From Octopus sinensis (lineage: Eukaryota): a stretch of 64,000 nt of DNA. The position numbers were made by a program, and so were the translations under genes. Shown here piece by piece: positions 38,559-50,630 of this stretch (position 1 is its first letter; the number at the start of each line of letters is the position of its first letter). The stretch spans positions 16,864,001 through 16,928,000 of the forward strand of contig NC_043016.1 in the NCBI RefSeq assembly GCF_006345805.1. The letters are read 5' to 3'. A model generated the notes under the pieces. The model did no database searches, was not told the DNA's origin, and saw nothing but the letters and a program-made list of their open reading frames with translations.

Positions 38559-40263
38559 CAGTGTTTCCCCGAAAATACGACCTGCTCCAAAAATAAGCCC
38601 TATCGTGATTTTTTAGGATGTTCTAATATAATCCCTACCACGAAAATAAGACCTAATCAAAAATGCATCAGCTTGTTAACAAGACCATGTGATGTTTGCA
38701 AAATAAACCAACAACCGTAGCTTGGCTAAAGTCTGTGCTAAGCGCGCATGCACGGAGTTGACTCCCATGTCCCTCTGGCAAGAAGAGTGCAAAAAGAAAG
38801 AGTTATTCCGTGGAGTAGAAGAAAAGAATTGTGGAAGAGTCACATAACAAGAATCTTACGGTTTTCTGTAAGGAGATGTTGGATCGCCGAATGGTTTGAA
38901 AATGGCGAGTGGAGTACGATCTCAGCAGACAGGTGGATGAGGGAAGTGCTAAGAAGCGTAAGCGTGGATCAGGTCGACAACCGTTATTTTCGGAGTTGGA
39001 AGATATCACCTTGGGATGGATTGCTGACAGAAGAACAAAGGATTTGGCTGTGCGCAAGGCTGATACACAAGAATTTGCTCTTGCAATGGTTCCACAGTTG
39101 GATGTACCCCCAGAGATATTCAAAGCATCATCTCATTGGTTGGATAACTTACTTCGATGATATGAGCTCTCTCTATGAAGATCGACAACACTGTTCATGC
39201 TGGAGGATGCTGAAGTGATTCAACGTGCACTTGCATTCAAGTCCTTCGTTGACGGCATCTACTTTTCTAAATACAGTCTCTCCCATATAATTGCTATTGA
39301 TGAGACTGCAGTATTTATGGGCCAAGAATCCAAAACGATAGTTGAACAGACAGCCTTGTCAATCTACGTTGCCTCAACGGGTTACGAAGGTTCAAGAGTT
39401 ACTTGTATTTTAGCAATTCGTCTTGATGGAACAAAATTCCCACCGCTTATCATCACAAAGGGCAAAGAAGAGAAAATAGAACGAGTTTCGGGCATTTATG
39501 TCCGTGAAAAGGAAAAAGGCTTGGAGCACAAAAGAAAATAGATTGATTTAACTATACTACTTGTTCTACGTGGTTCTCAAAGAGGTCTTTTAGTCTGGGA
39601 TTCGGCCAGTACTCATCGCGCAAAAGATATGAAAACCTTCCTTTCCGAAAGAAGAATTGACCACATAAAGATTCCCGTGAGAATGACTTCATATCTACAA
39701 ACATTCGATCTTGTAATAAACAAGCCCTTCAAGGATTATTTACTGATGGAAGTGAATGAATATATCGAACATAGAATGGAGAGAAATGAGCGTGGAAACT
39801 TTGTCAAACCCAACCTCCAAGAAGTCGTGAATTGATGGAATAAACTTACCGATAGTTGCGTTACCAATGCACTACGTGCAGGGTACTTGGACAAAAAGTG
39901 CTCTTTAAGGAAAGTTATATTGCCAGACATGAGAGATTGGGGTTTATGATTCAACAGAAAATGGATTTGCAAGAAATTCAGTCTGAAGTTCGGGGTTTCG
40001 ATGATTTATGACGATATTCCAGAAGAGGACAAAATGTTTGTACTTGACTAAAAACAAGAAGCAAATAAATAAACTTTTGATAACTAAAAATATAGGTTTC
40101 CTGTATACAATATTTTTTCTATTACACGAGGACATGAGACGTTTTGTCTTTCTTGGATTTTTTCCGCAAAAATATAAGACATCTCCCGAAAATAAGCCCA
40201 AGTGCGTTCTTTTTTTGATGCAACATTAATATAAGACCAGGTCTTATTTTTGGGGAAGCATGG
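38559..40263 (+). mobile_element. pogo-family (Tc1/mariner superfamily) DNA transposon, full length, decayed transposase
   Basis: 24-bp TIRs CAGTGTTTCCCCGAAAATACGACC / GGTCTTATTTTTGGGGAAGCATGG with TA TSD; CENP-B-like HTH (GSGRQPLFSELED..FKASSHWL) and DDE_1 motifs IDETAV, WDSA, YLQTFDLVINKPFK. Confidence 0.93.
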
Positions 40264-41074
40264 TACCAAAATGGAGATTTGGCTGATTTCACAGCACTAA
40301 CAATACTTGCGACTATATCTGAAAAAGAAAAAAATGTTATTCTGGTTATTATAACAAATTCGGAAACTTGGCGAAGTAGAAAGCCTCAGCGGCTCTTTCG
40401 ATATAATTACAGAAATGTCATTCCACTCCTTCTAACCAGTTTCAGGATAATGCTTTTTAAAACAGTCCTTATTGAATATCTGTTATGGTTTCTCATCACT
40501 GTATCAACGCTGCACAACTGCGTTAGTCAGTATTTATTCTATAGCCTAACGCTACACAGTTTGTATATATATAGTAATGTCAAATTAATTTATATCTTGC
40601 TACAAACATCCTTCAGCAAATGTTTTAAATTAACCTTCACAGCAGCATCTTCCTTTCTTTACACTTTGTTCAGCGTTCGTTTCAAAATTGTAAAATAAAT
40701 TATTTTTGTATGAAAATTTTAATTATGCCTTCTGAATTTTCTTGAACTTTCACTTTCTTCACCGTGATATTCCTTCAATCGTAAATTTTATAACATTTAG
40801 TACATGTTGCACATACATGTTACCTTTCTGTACTTTCTTACATTGGTGACGCATACTAACTTTTGCTAAATTAGTGACTTTCCTTTTTTTTTTTAATAGC
40901 GTAACTAAGCTTCATAAAGTATGTTTTGCACCTATATTGAGTACATTTCGTTTCGCTTGAACTTCGTGTGAGTACGTTTTGCTGTTTTCAATATTATCAA
41001 TTCTTTGAATGTGTACGTGTCTGTGAGTGTGTGTGTGTATGTTTCTGCGTTCGTTATGTCTATGGTAAACTATA

Positions 41075-41395
41075 GTAAAGAACATTTTACGCTGTTTTAA
41101 TGAGCTCACATCTAATGAAGTAGCCATCCTTGTGGTTGGTGATCCCCATTGAAAATCATGATATTCTCATTCGTGTTCGAGATAACAAAACCTTAAACGT
41201 GTTTCACAGACTCATCCCTCTTATGATGCTCTCCAGTATTCTCTTATTCTGTGGAATGGGCAAGATGGATATCATCTCAATATTCCACAGATTGAACCTG
41301 CAACAGGAGAGCCAATTACAAAAAAAAAAAAAAAAAAATGATGTTGTCAAATGATTTCTATTCTTACCAACTGATGTTAAGACCAGAACAATCAA
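41075..41395 (+). mobile_element. Helitron Rep N-terminal coding fragment
   Basis: Frameshift-corrected FNELTSNEVAILVVG..DILI..RVSQTHPSYDALQYSLILWNGQDGY..FYSYQLMLR. Confidence 0.75.
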
Positions 41396-41952
41396 GTCAA
41401 ATTACACATATCAAATAAACTTTATTTTCATTTACATATTTTCTACATTATCTCAGTAACCAGCTGTAGTTATTTGAAAGACACTGCTCTACAACGGTCA
41501 GGTTTCATTAGAAAGTGAAAATAGTTTCACACTTTCAATTTGAACCAAAATTACACAGTGTTGGATTACAAGAATGACGATGTGTGAATAATGAGAGTAA
41601 TGTTTCTCCGAATTAGTCACATCTGTATAATAATAAAGAAAGCTGCTTATTATCTACTAAATAAACTATGTTTTCGGTACAACAACTCTTTTTTACAGCT
41701 AAAATAACTTCGGAAACTAGGTTGGGTCATACAATTTTGAGTTCCTTTTCAGACAATATTTCGATTTTCTTCTAATGTTTCACTTTCGTCCGATGGTTCA
41801 TGTATGCGTAGAATTCTATCCAGACAAACATTTATAAAAATGTACGCATAAATATTGCATTAAAATAAGCCACAACCTAAAAAAATTAATTAAAAGACAT
41901 CCATTTCCCTATATGATATGAGGAAATACAGTTTCCCTCTCTATCTCCCCCC

Positions 41953-41984
<32 letters not shown>

Positions 41985-42020
41985 ACGCGCACAAAAAAAA
42001 GATGTATGCATATGTTTTTA

Positions 42021-42106
42021 TGGGCGAAGGTAAAGAATAGGCACACCTGGTGTTTAGGGTTTAGGGTTAGAGTTAGGGTGGTGTACGTATTCTTTACCTC
42101 CGTCTA
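42021..42106. mobile_element. Small MITE-like element with TTAGGG-like centre
   Basis: ggcgaaggtaaagaataggcacacc is an imperfect inverse of ggtgtacgtattctttacctccgtc. Confidence 0.65.
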
Positions 42107-43418
42107 TTTATGTACGTGTATATGAAAGATAGTGTGTGTGTGTGAGATAGAGAGAGAGAGTGCCACTTACATATACATGCAAAAAAATTCATACATTACA
42201 ACACAAACTTTCACTCACTCACTCTCTCTTTCTCTCTCTCTCTATCTCTTTCTTCTACTTTCTGCTCTCACTTCAAAGCGCCTGTCGCCTTTCCACTTTC
42301 TCCTCTCTTTCAATTTCTGCTCTCTTCAAAGCATAAAGAAATTTTAAAATTTTTATGGAAATTAATGAACAATCATATGACCCCCATATGATCAGGTTGA
42401 CAACTTTGCTTCTTCAAATGAAAGAATACCATAAAATAACTTCCTTTGACACACACATGCATACACAGACACTCACACACATACACACACTGTAGGTAAA
42501 ACTTCTGTACAAATTATGTTATTTCTTGCTGTGTACACCTGGAAATTTAAAGCTCAAATCCAATTGAAATGATCCTTTTCTATTGTGTAATTTGTTTGTG
42601 ATGAGCGTATTTAAAAACCTGATCTTTTCGATATAAACTTAAAAGGAGGTTTTCCCAGAAACCCTGTCCTTTATCTCTTCTTTTTAGCATGTCCGAGTTG
42701 ACAATTCCTCTCCTTTGCCTTATTTTTTTTCCTGAATTTCTTCCGATTCCTATGTTTAATTTTCTCCCTTTCCACACAAAATTCATTTTTTACTTTTTTC
42801 AGATTTTTTTTTCTTGATAATCCATGGACAAAAAACAGAGAGTACGAATCTTTAAGAATTTTATTTATCACATCACCCCTTTCAAAAACCTACACACTCC
42901 CAATGTTTCACTTTTAGCTTTTTGGAAAGTGGAAAAGTTTCTTCAGAAATAATGTTGTTTACCTGTTGTTTCTAGCATGTCGGATTTACTGATGGTGGTC
43001 TGGTATTTTTTACATCTGCTATTTCAGTAGAATTCTAGGGAAATTAAAGTTTTGAAAATGTGATTTCTAGACAAAATCATATTAACCCCCTTTTATATGA
43101 TGAAACAACACATAGTTTGTGATCCTTCATAAGAACATAAAGCACTTTCATGCAAACCCATACAAATTGTACCCCCCTCCCTTCACTTTTAAACAAACAA
43201 TAACTTCCAGTAATCCAGTTCACTATATATCAGCTGTGTTGATTCTGCCCATAAGAAAGGAACAAATAAAACAATGTGGCTGGAGGTCATAACACCCAGG
43301 CAGTTCTGGGATGCATTGCTAATACATATATATATTAAATCACTAAAGTTAAAGTCTGGTCGTACCCTTGAGAGAATTCTTTAGAGTGTGCTTTTTATTC
43401 AGATATATGATATATATA

Positions 43419-44613
43419 CATAAAGTATTTGAGGACATACCTTTTTTGGTCATTGCTGAATATTTTGGTCACTCTGTATAATCTTTGTTTCAGAAAATAA
43501 TAATGCCAGATATCTTAGCTTACTCAAGAAATGAAGGAGCATGCTGTAATTGTGGTTATAAATAAGAGCTGAATATAGTGATTTAGAAATATCTTGATTT
43601 TTAAAAGGGAGTTAGAGATTGAAGATGGAAATGTATCACCAATATCAAAGCATAAAAAGCATTTTAAATGTTCTGAAATCATCAGATCACCTGAATATAT
43701 CCAGCAACAGATCATTGATTACAATCCCAGAAAGTTCATGAGATCAATTGTAAAAGATCTCCATGTGTCAGAAGGAACGGTAAGAAATGTTGTCCATGAA
43801 GACATCAGGTATAAGTCTTATATGATGAAGAAAGGTCAATTTATGTTAGAAAGATAAAAAAAAAATCAATACATCAGATCTAAAAGGCTCTTAAACAAAC
43901 TGAAAAATCCAGCAGAAGATTTGATTTAGCTTTTCTCGAACAGGATCAAAAAGTTAACTGAAGAAATGACAGATGGTTATGTGCAAACCCTTCTGAATTT
44001 CCAAGTGTTATGCATACAAAATTTCCTGCAACTGTCATGGTTTTAGGAGTTGTCAGCAATGAAGGGCACGTGATGCCTTCTTACTACTTTCCACAGGGCC
44101 TTGAAGTTAACTCTGCCACCTAGATTGAGATCCTGGAAACAATTGTTAAGCCCTGGATAGACAGTGTATGCAATGGAAGGCCATATGTATTTTAGTAAGA
44201 CTCTGCACTATCACACATGGCTCTAGTAACACAGGAATGGATGGCCGAAAATTTTCCTGATCACACAACCCCTAACATTTGGTCTCCTAATTCCCCAGAT
44301 CTCAATCCATTGAAATATTACACGTGGAGCATTATTGTTGAGAGAGAGGTTAATGGCACCAAATATTCTTTGAAAGCTGCCATAGTCAGAGTAATGTCCA
44401 AAATGAACCAGGACCTCTTGATTCAAGCATGTAGACTATTTAGATCTCATATGGAAGCAGTTGTTGAAGCTGAAGGTGGCTTTATTGAATAACATTATAG
44501 AAAAGAAGGTTTATTTTTATCCTCATAGCAGTTTTTGATAAAGTTATTATCTATTATTATATATCTGTGTTTTTATAAACATAAATCTGTCCTCAAATAT
44601 CTTACGCACACTG
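43419..44613 (+). mobile_element. DD37D (maT) Tc1/mariner-superfamily transposon, decayed
   Basis: HTH (VSEGTVRNVVHEDIRYKSY); DSALSH..WSPNSPDLNPL(K for D)Y with 37 residues between the last two catalytic positions; right TIR tgtcctcaaatatcttacgcacactg+TA, left TIR partial. Confidence 0.85.
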
Positions 44614-44631
44614 TATATATATATATATATG

Positions 44632-45746
44632 AATTAGAGATAAAACCACTATTAGGCAACTCAAACAGTGATAGACATAAACCAATACATGAATAACAAA
44701 TAATATAAATATAATTAATATAATATATCAAAATACTAGCAGTATCGCCTGGCGTTGTTCAGGTTTGTTTCGACTGTTTAAGATTGGAATTTTTGAAAAG
44801 TAAACATTTTGCATTATGTAGCTTGTTATTCTCTTTAAGTGTACATTTTTCTGGTTGAAATACACAGAAAAATGGTGACCCCAGTACGCAAACTTACACT
44901 TAATTTATCGACACCAAAAGGATAAAAGGCAAAGTCACCATTTTTTGGTGTATTTCAACCAGAAAAATGTTCACTTAAAAGTAAAAATTATGCATTATGT
45001 AGCTTGTTATTCTTTTCGGGCTAGCAGTGATGATCAAAAATCCGGCCTGCTAAAATTTGGTTAAAGTGATTCAAACTGCAGACTCAATGCAAAATGGTCA
45101 CATTTAATTCAAAGCGTTAAAAATATTATGAAAACAATTGGTATGTGTTCACAAAGTCCAAACGATTAATACGAAAAAACCCTCCAGGCTACATCCCAAA
45201 AATTAATTTCTTTGCCGAATTTCTACAATGTTTACGGCAATTCGTTTTTATATCTTGATTTTTTATTTTTCATGCAATTTACGCATGCTTGCACGCATGG
45301 TGAACACACTTCACGTCAAACAGCTGACTGAGTAAAGTTCACTATTCAATGCATGGGATAAGGCCTAAACAAACACATCAATTTTTGCACTTGCGAGATG
45401 AATTTTGGAACAGAAATAGCGCAGTTCAATTTTCATTGAAATACACCGAAAAACGGTGACTTTGCCTTTTATCCTTTTGGTGTCGATAAATTAAGTGTAA
45501 GTTTGCGTACTGGGGTCACCATTTTTCTGTGTATTTCAACCAGAAAAATGTACACTTAAAGAGAATAACAATTTTTACTTTTCAAAAATTCCAATGCTAA
45601 ACGGTCGAAACAAATCTGAACAACGCCAGGCGATACTGCTAGTATTTTGATATATTATATTAATTATATTATATTATTTGTTATTCATGTATTGGTTATG
45701 TCTATCACTGTTTGAGTTGCATAATAGTGGTTTTATCTAATTCATA
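44632..45746. repeat. Inverted duplication (~310-330-bp arms, 44632-44959 / 45435-45746)
   Basis: Arms are reverse complements containing a Helitron 3' end and its flank. Confidence 0.9.
45015..45642 (+). mobile_element. Non-autonomous Helitron, 3' portion
   Basis: 3' end caacgccaggcgatactgCTAG|T (CTAG 45639-42), homologous to 37975-38000. Confidence 0.65.
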
Positions 45747-45822
45747 TTTTATATATTCATACTGTGAAATTTGATTTAATACTAAATCTAATTTTTTCCT
45801 GTAAGTTTGGAGCCATACTCCC

Positions 45823-45907
<85 letters not shown>

Positions 45908-46132
45908 TATTATTATTATATATATATATAGATAGATGGACAGCTACATAAATATATATATATGTATGTATCTATCTCTCCATCTATCTGTCTATCTATC
46001 TGTCTGTCTGTCTGTCTGTCTATCATATCTAACTATCTGTCTGTCCATCTGTCTCTTTACATGTTTGTGTGTGTGTATATATATTACACACACACACACC
46101 CACACACCCACGTACATGCACCCACACCCACA

Positions 46133-46262
46133 CAACAGGCTTCTTATGTTTTCTGTCTACCAAATCCACTTATGAGGTTTTGGTCAGCCCAGGGCCATGG
46201 TAGAAGACTCTCACCCAAGATGCCATACTTGGGATTGAACCCAGAACCATGTGGTTCTGATA
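46133..46262 (-). mobile_element. tRNA-derived SINE, 5' half
   Basis: Family core on the minus strand. Confidence 0.75.
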
Positions 46263-46864
46263 CAGCCTCTTCATAATACAGATATCCCCATATAGTTCTC
46301 ATATAACACCAAAAGACAAAACATTATTAATTAGTCAGTAGATAATTACGTGAATTATAATCATAAATAGAAATTATGAGGCCATTAATTAAACAATGGA
46401 CAATTAAATTAATACATAATTATGCAAAGGATAATTAAAAGATTTGTGTCTCTACAATGTTTGAGCTAAATTTGACAATTTATTCTTTGCTCTTGTTTTC
46501 ATGAATTTTATATATTGGTGAACAGATGGTGGCATTGGAAAGCAGAACAATTAAAGTTGTAGTTGAGAGGAAGTTAGCTGAGATGGAGAACAGGAAGCCA
46601 TCTGAACACTGGTTTCAAATTTTGCCACAAGGCCAGCAATTTGAAGGGAGTAGTAAATGAATTGCATTGACCCCAGTACATGACTGGTACTTATGTTCTT
46701 CTGTGATTCTGTCCATTAGTTTGCCTGCAGTGAACAAATACAGCAGTTGAAAGATAGACCCATCATTGTTATTCTTCTCAATATTTTTGTAATTCTGTTC
46801 ATTTGTTTGCCTAATGAATACAGGAGTTGAGAGATAGGCCTATTATTGTTATTCTCCTGAATTA

Positions 46865-47762
46865 TTGGGGCATCCCACAAGTAATGTGTTTTTTTATACT
46901 TCCATCGTTTTTCAAAATTAAGATAAACAAAGCTCTTTTTTAATCTAAAATACACTCTCCTTCATTTTCTACAATGCCTGTCCATCTATCTGGTAAACTT
47001 GCTAGGGCCCTCTTCCAAAATTCACTTGTCTGTGACAAAAAATACTCCTCTGGTACTGTTCTGACCTTATCTACAGAATTCATATTTTTTTCATCCAAAT
47101 GATTTTGAAAAATGCGGAATAAATGATAATCAGATGGGGCAATATCCGGTGAATATGGTGGATAGGGCATCGTTTTCCATTCAAACTGTTCCAGCCTTTG
47201 GAATGTCATCCTCATAGTATGTGGCTGTATGATTAAACTGGGAAAGTTTGTGAGGAATTTGCTGACTTTTCTGATGGCATGCAGGTGTTGATGAATGGGG
47301 GAATTACCAAAATCCAAGCTTCTCTGCAAGTTCCTCAACAATTACAATGGGATTTTGTGCTACCAAGGTTTACAAGACGTCCTTGTCGAGCTCTACAGAT
47401 TTTCTAAGATGAGGCTCATCTTCTAGGCTCTAGTTTCCAGCTTGAAATTTCTAGAACCACTGTTGACACTGGCTTACACTTAATGACTGATCCCCGTATA
47501 CTGCATTAATATACCTTGCACTTTATGATGTGTTATTGCCCTTATTGAACTCATAAAGCAAAATATTCTGAATATGCTCTTTTGTCACTTCCGTTATAAG
47601 AAAGAATAACTTAAAATCAAACTGCACTCTTCAAAACTTGCACTAAGAATAAGGACAGGATAAAACTACTACCTGCTTTTATAGCAAGCTGATCCTGTCT
47701 CCCTCTGACTTTTAGTTCATGCAATTGACAAAAAACCCCGCATTATTTATGGGTCAACCCAA
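46865..47762 (-). mobile_element. Internally deleted mariner (DD34D)
   Basis: YPPYSPDIAPSDYHLF..LPDRWTGIVENEGECI; TIRs ttggggcatcccacaagtaatgtg / cgcattatttatgggtcaacccaa with TA TSD. Confidence 0.9.
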
Positions 47763-48929
47763 TATTTTCTGATTCTGTCCATTAGTTTGCCTGCAATGAA
47801 CAAATATGGTAGTTGAGAGATAGACCTATTCATATTTGGAAAGTTTGCTGCAATCATTTTTTGCTGCAGGAAAATTCATCTCAGGATTTTTGGCTGTAAG
47901 AAAGTTTGCTACAAGACAAAAGATGAATTGGAACCCCTTGGTATATAATTCTTTCAACCAATAAGAAGGGGTAAAGTAATTTCTTAACCCATTTAAAATT
48001 TCTTTATTCATTCAACAATATTTTTTTGTGTAGGCAACCCATTACAATGGTCTTTCAAGTGGGAACTAGCAGAGGTGGTGTGAAATTAGTTGATGATCTT
48101 AATTTTGTTTATAGGATAGATGGAAAATATGGTGAAAAAACATATTGGAAATATGGAAATAGAGAATGTAAACAAAGAGTGCATACCTTGCAGGAAAATG
48201 GTAATTTATCTCTATGTAAAACATTTGGTGAGCATTGCCATCCTTCTCATCCTTCAAAACCAAAAGTTTACATTGCAAAAACGAAATCACCAGCCACTAA
48301 TTCATAAACTTCCGCACGGTCATTAGTTGCAGAAATTTCATCTCGTTTAGATGATAATGCATTGTTACTGATGCCAAGATCATCGCATTTGTCTTGCAAT
48401 ATTAGAGGCTGGAGGCAAAAGAAAAGCCAAGCTCCCTCCAATCCCAACCAGAAGAAGATGGTGGGTATATAATATAGACTTCTTGAAAATGGTGAGAAGT
48501 TATTATTATATGAGAATGGTACACAAGCTGGATTAGATGACTTTGAGAATAATAAGGATTTCGCTTGTGATGGTACTTTTAAATGCAGCCCAGATATATA
48601 TATATATTATCAGTTGTTCACATTACATACTGTCGAACAAAATATTTGCACATATTTTTAATTACTTTTGTCAATTTTAAAAGTTTCATATGTTTTCAAA
48701 TAAATTTATCCTTTTTTTATTTATTTTCTAATATTTGACTCTGTAAAAGACATGCTAAATATATACATAACTATAGTGAGTGTATGTGCATGTGCATCTG
48801 CATCTAATGTTTATATTGTGTTTCATTCCATCTCGCAACAGAGTGGTTTGTTAAATAATGATCACAGATCCCCTCAGGTAGATGGTTCTGCTTAATCGGT
48901 AGAAAAGGTATAGGTAGAAACTCCATAAG

Positions 48930-50150
48930 ATGTGCTCAGTGTAAGCTGTGGGCACACAAAAGGTGCAGCAACATCAAAGGAAGGTTGACAGAGAAATTAA
49001 CTTTGTATGTGAAAGATGCATAGGCATAATAAATGCTGAATATGTGTGGAAAATAGACTCTATCAACTGCCAGGGGGGCACACTAGAGGTAGTAGATAGC
49101 TTCAGGTATCTAGGTGACCAGGTTAGTAGTGGAGGTGGAAGTTCTGAGATCGTAGCTGTGAGAATAAGATTAGGTTGGGCAAAGTTCAGAGAGCTCCTAC
49201 CCCTGCTGGCAACAAAGGGAGTCTCTCTCCAAGTGAAAGGCAGATTGTTTTATGCCTGTTATAACATGGGTTATAACAGCCGAGGACATGTGAAGGCTTG
49301 AGAGAAATGAAGCTGGTATGCTTCGCTGGATGTGCAATGTCAGTGGGCATGTACAACATAGTATGTGTCTTGAGAGAAAAATTGGGCACCAGGGGCATCA
49401 GATGTGGTGTGCAAGAGAGACGAATGTGCTGGTATGATCATATATGGATGAGGACAGCTGTGTAAAGAAGTGCTGATCTCTAACTGTGGAGGGAACCTAT
49501 GATAGAGGTAAACCCAAGAAGAAATGGGACGAGGTGGTGAAGCATGATCTTCAAACTTTGAGCGTCACAGAGACAATGACTAGTGACCAAGACCTTTGGT
49601 GATGTGCCCTGCTTAAGAGGAGTCGTGAAGCTAAGTGCACCAGTGCTGGTGGCACATAAGAAAATCAACCTTGAACATTGGGCCTCACAGAGGTAAATTG
49701 GCTGAGTCCCATTCGATTGTTGGGCCTTACAGAGGCATAGTGGCTGAGTGCCTTTTGAGCATTGGGCCTCAGGGAGGCAAAGTGGCTGAGTTTCTTTCGA
49801 GTGTTGGGCCTCAGGGAGGCAAAGATGCCGAGTTCTTTTCAAGTGTTGAGCCTTACAGAGGCAATGACCAAGACCTTTGGCATCATGTCATGCTTGAGAA
49901 GAAGACCCATCAAGCCAAACAAAATCACAGTCATGGCTGATACCGGTGTCATGCAAATGACATCCATGCTGGTGGCACATAAAAACACCCATTACACTCT
50001 CAGAGTGGTTGACATTTGGAAGGGTATCCAGTCATAGAAAACCATGCCAAATGAGACTGGAGCCTGGTGCAGCCTTCCAGCATGCCAGCCCAGTCAAACC
50101 ATCCAACCCATACCAGCATGGACAACAGATGTTAAATAATGATGATGATG
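48930..50150 (+). mobile_element. RTE-clade LINE, 3' fragment
   Basis: DSFRYLGDQVSSGGG..RLGWAKFRELLPLL; 3' UTR with ~42-bp tandem repeats and a (GAT)n tail. Confidence 0.88.
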
Positions 50151-50220
50151 AATATAATTAGTACCAGATTCAAATAAGTGCTAGATGTGATTTGACCTCC
50201 TAGAATCCATATATATATAT

Positions 50221-50283
<63 letters not shown>

Positions 50284-50630
50284 ACAAAATAGGGAGACAA
50301 TTCCATGTAGAAATCAATTCAGTCTCAATTTGGTTCTGACCACACATAGTATTAATTCCAGTTGAAATACCGAATGTAGTAGGTCCTGAGAAAATGTAAT
50401 AAGGTAGACAATGAAAACAGATATAATAATCCTTTATTTATTTATCCATATGAATAAATAATTTTCCAACCTATGTTTCTGCTTAATTACTAAGAGTATA
50501 CCTATTTTAATTAGTTGATTAAATAAGTAATTAAATAATTGTTAATACAATGCATTTAGTAAAAAAGCTTCTTAACATATAAATATGTATGTATATATAT
50601 ATATACACACACACACACATATATATATGT

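Noticed and set aside
38909-39835. CENP-B/TIGD-like domesticated gene
   Set aside because: It has stops and frameshifts, and is bounded by TIRs with a TA TSD.
40279-40698. 139-aa hydrophobic ORF
   Set aside because: AT-rich, starts at a non-ATG codon across the pogo boundary, and has no recognisable motif.
48026-48307. Host FLYWCH transcription factor
   Set aside because: It lies directly inside a MULE TIR and is followed by disrupted transposase sequence.
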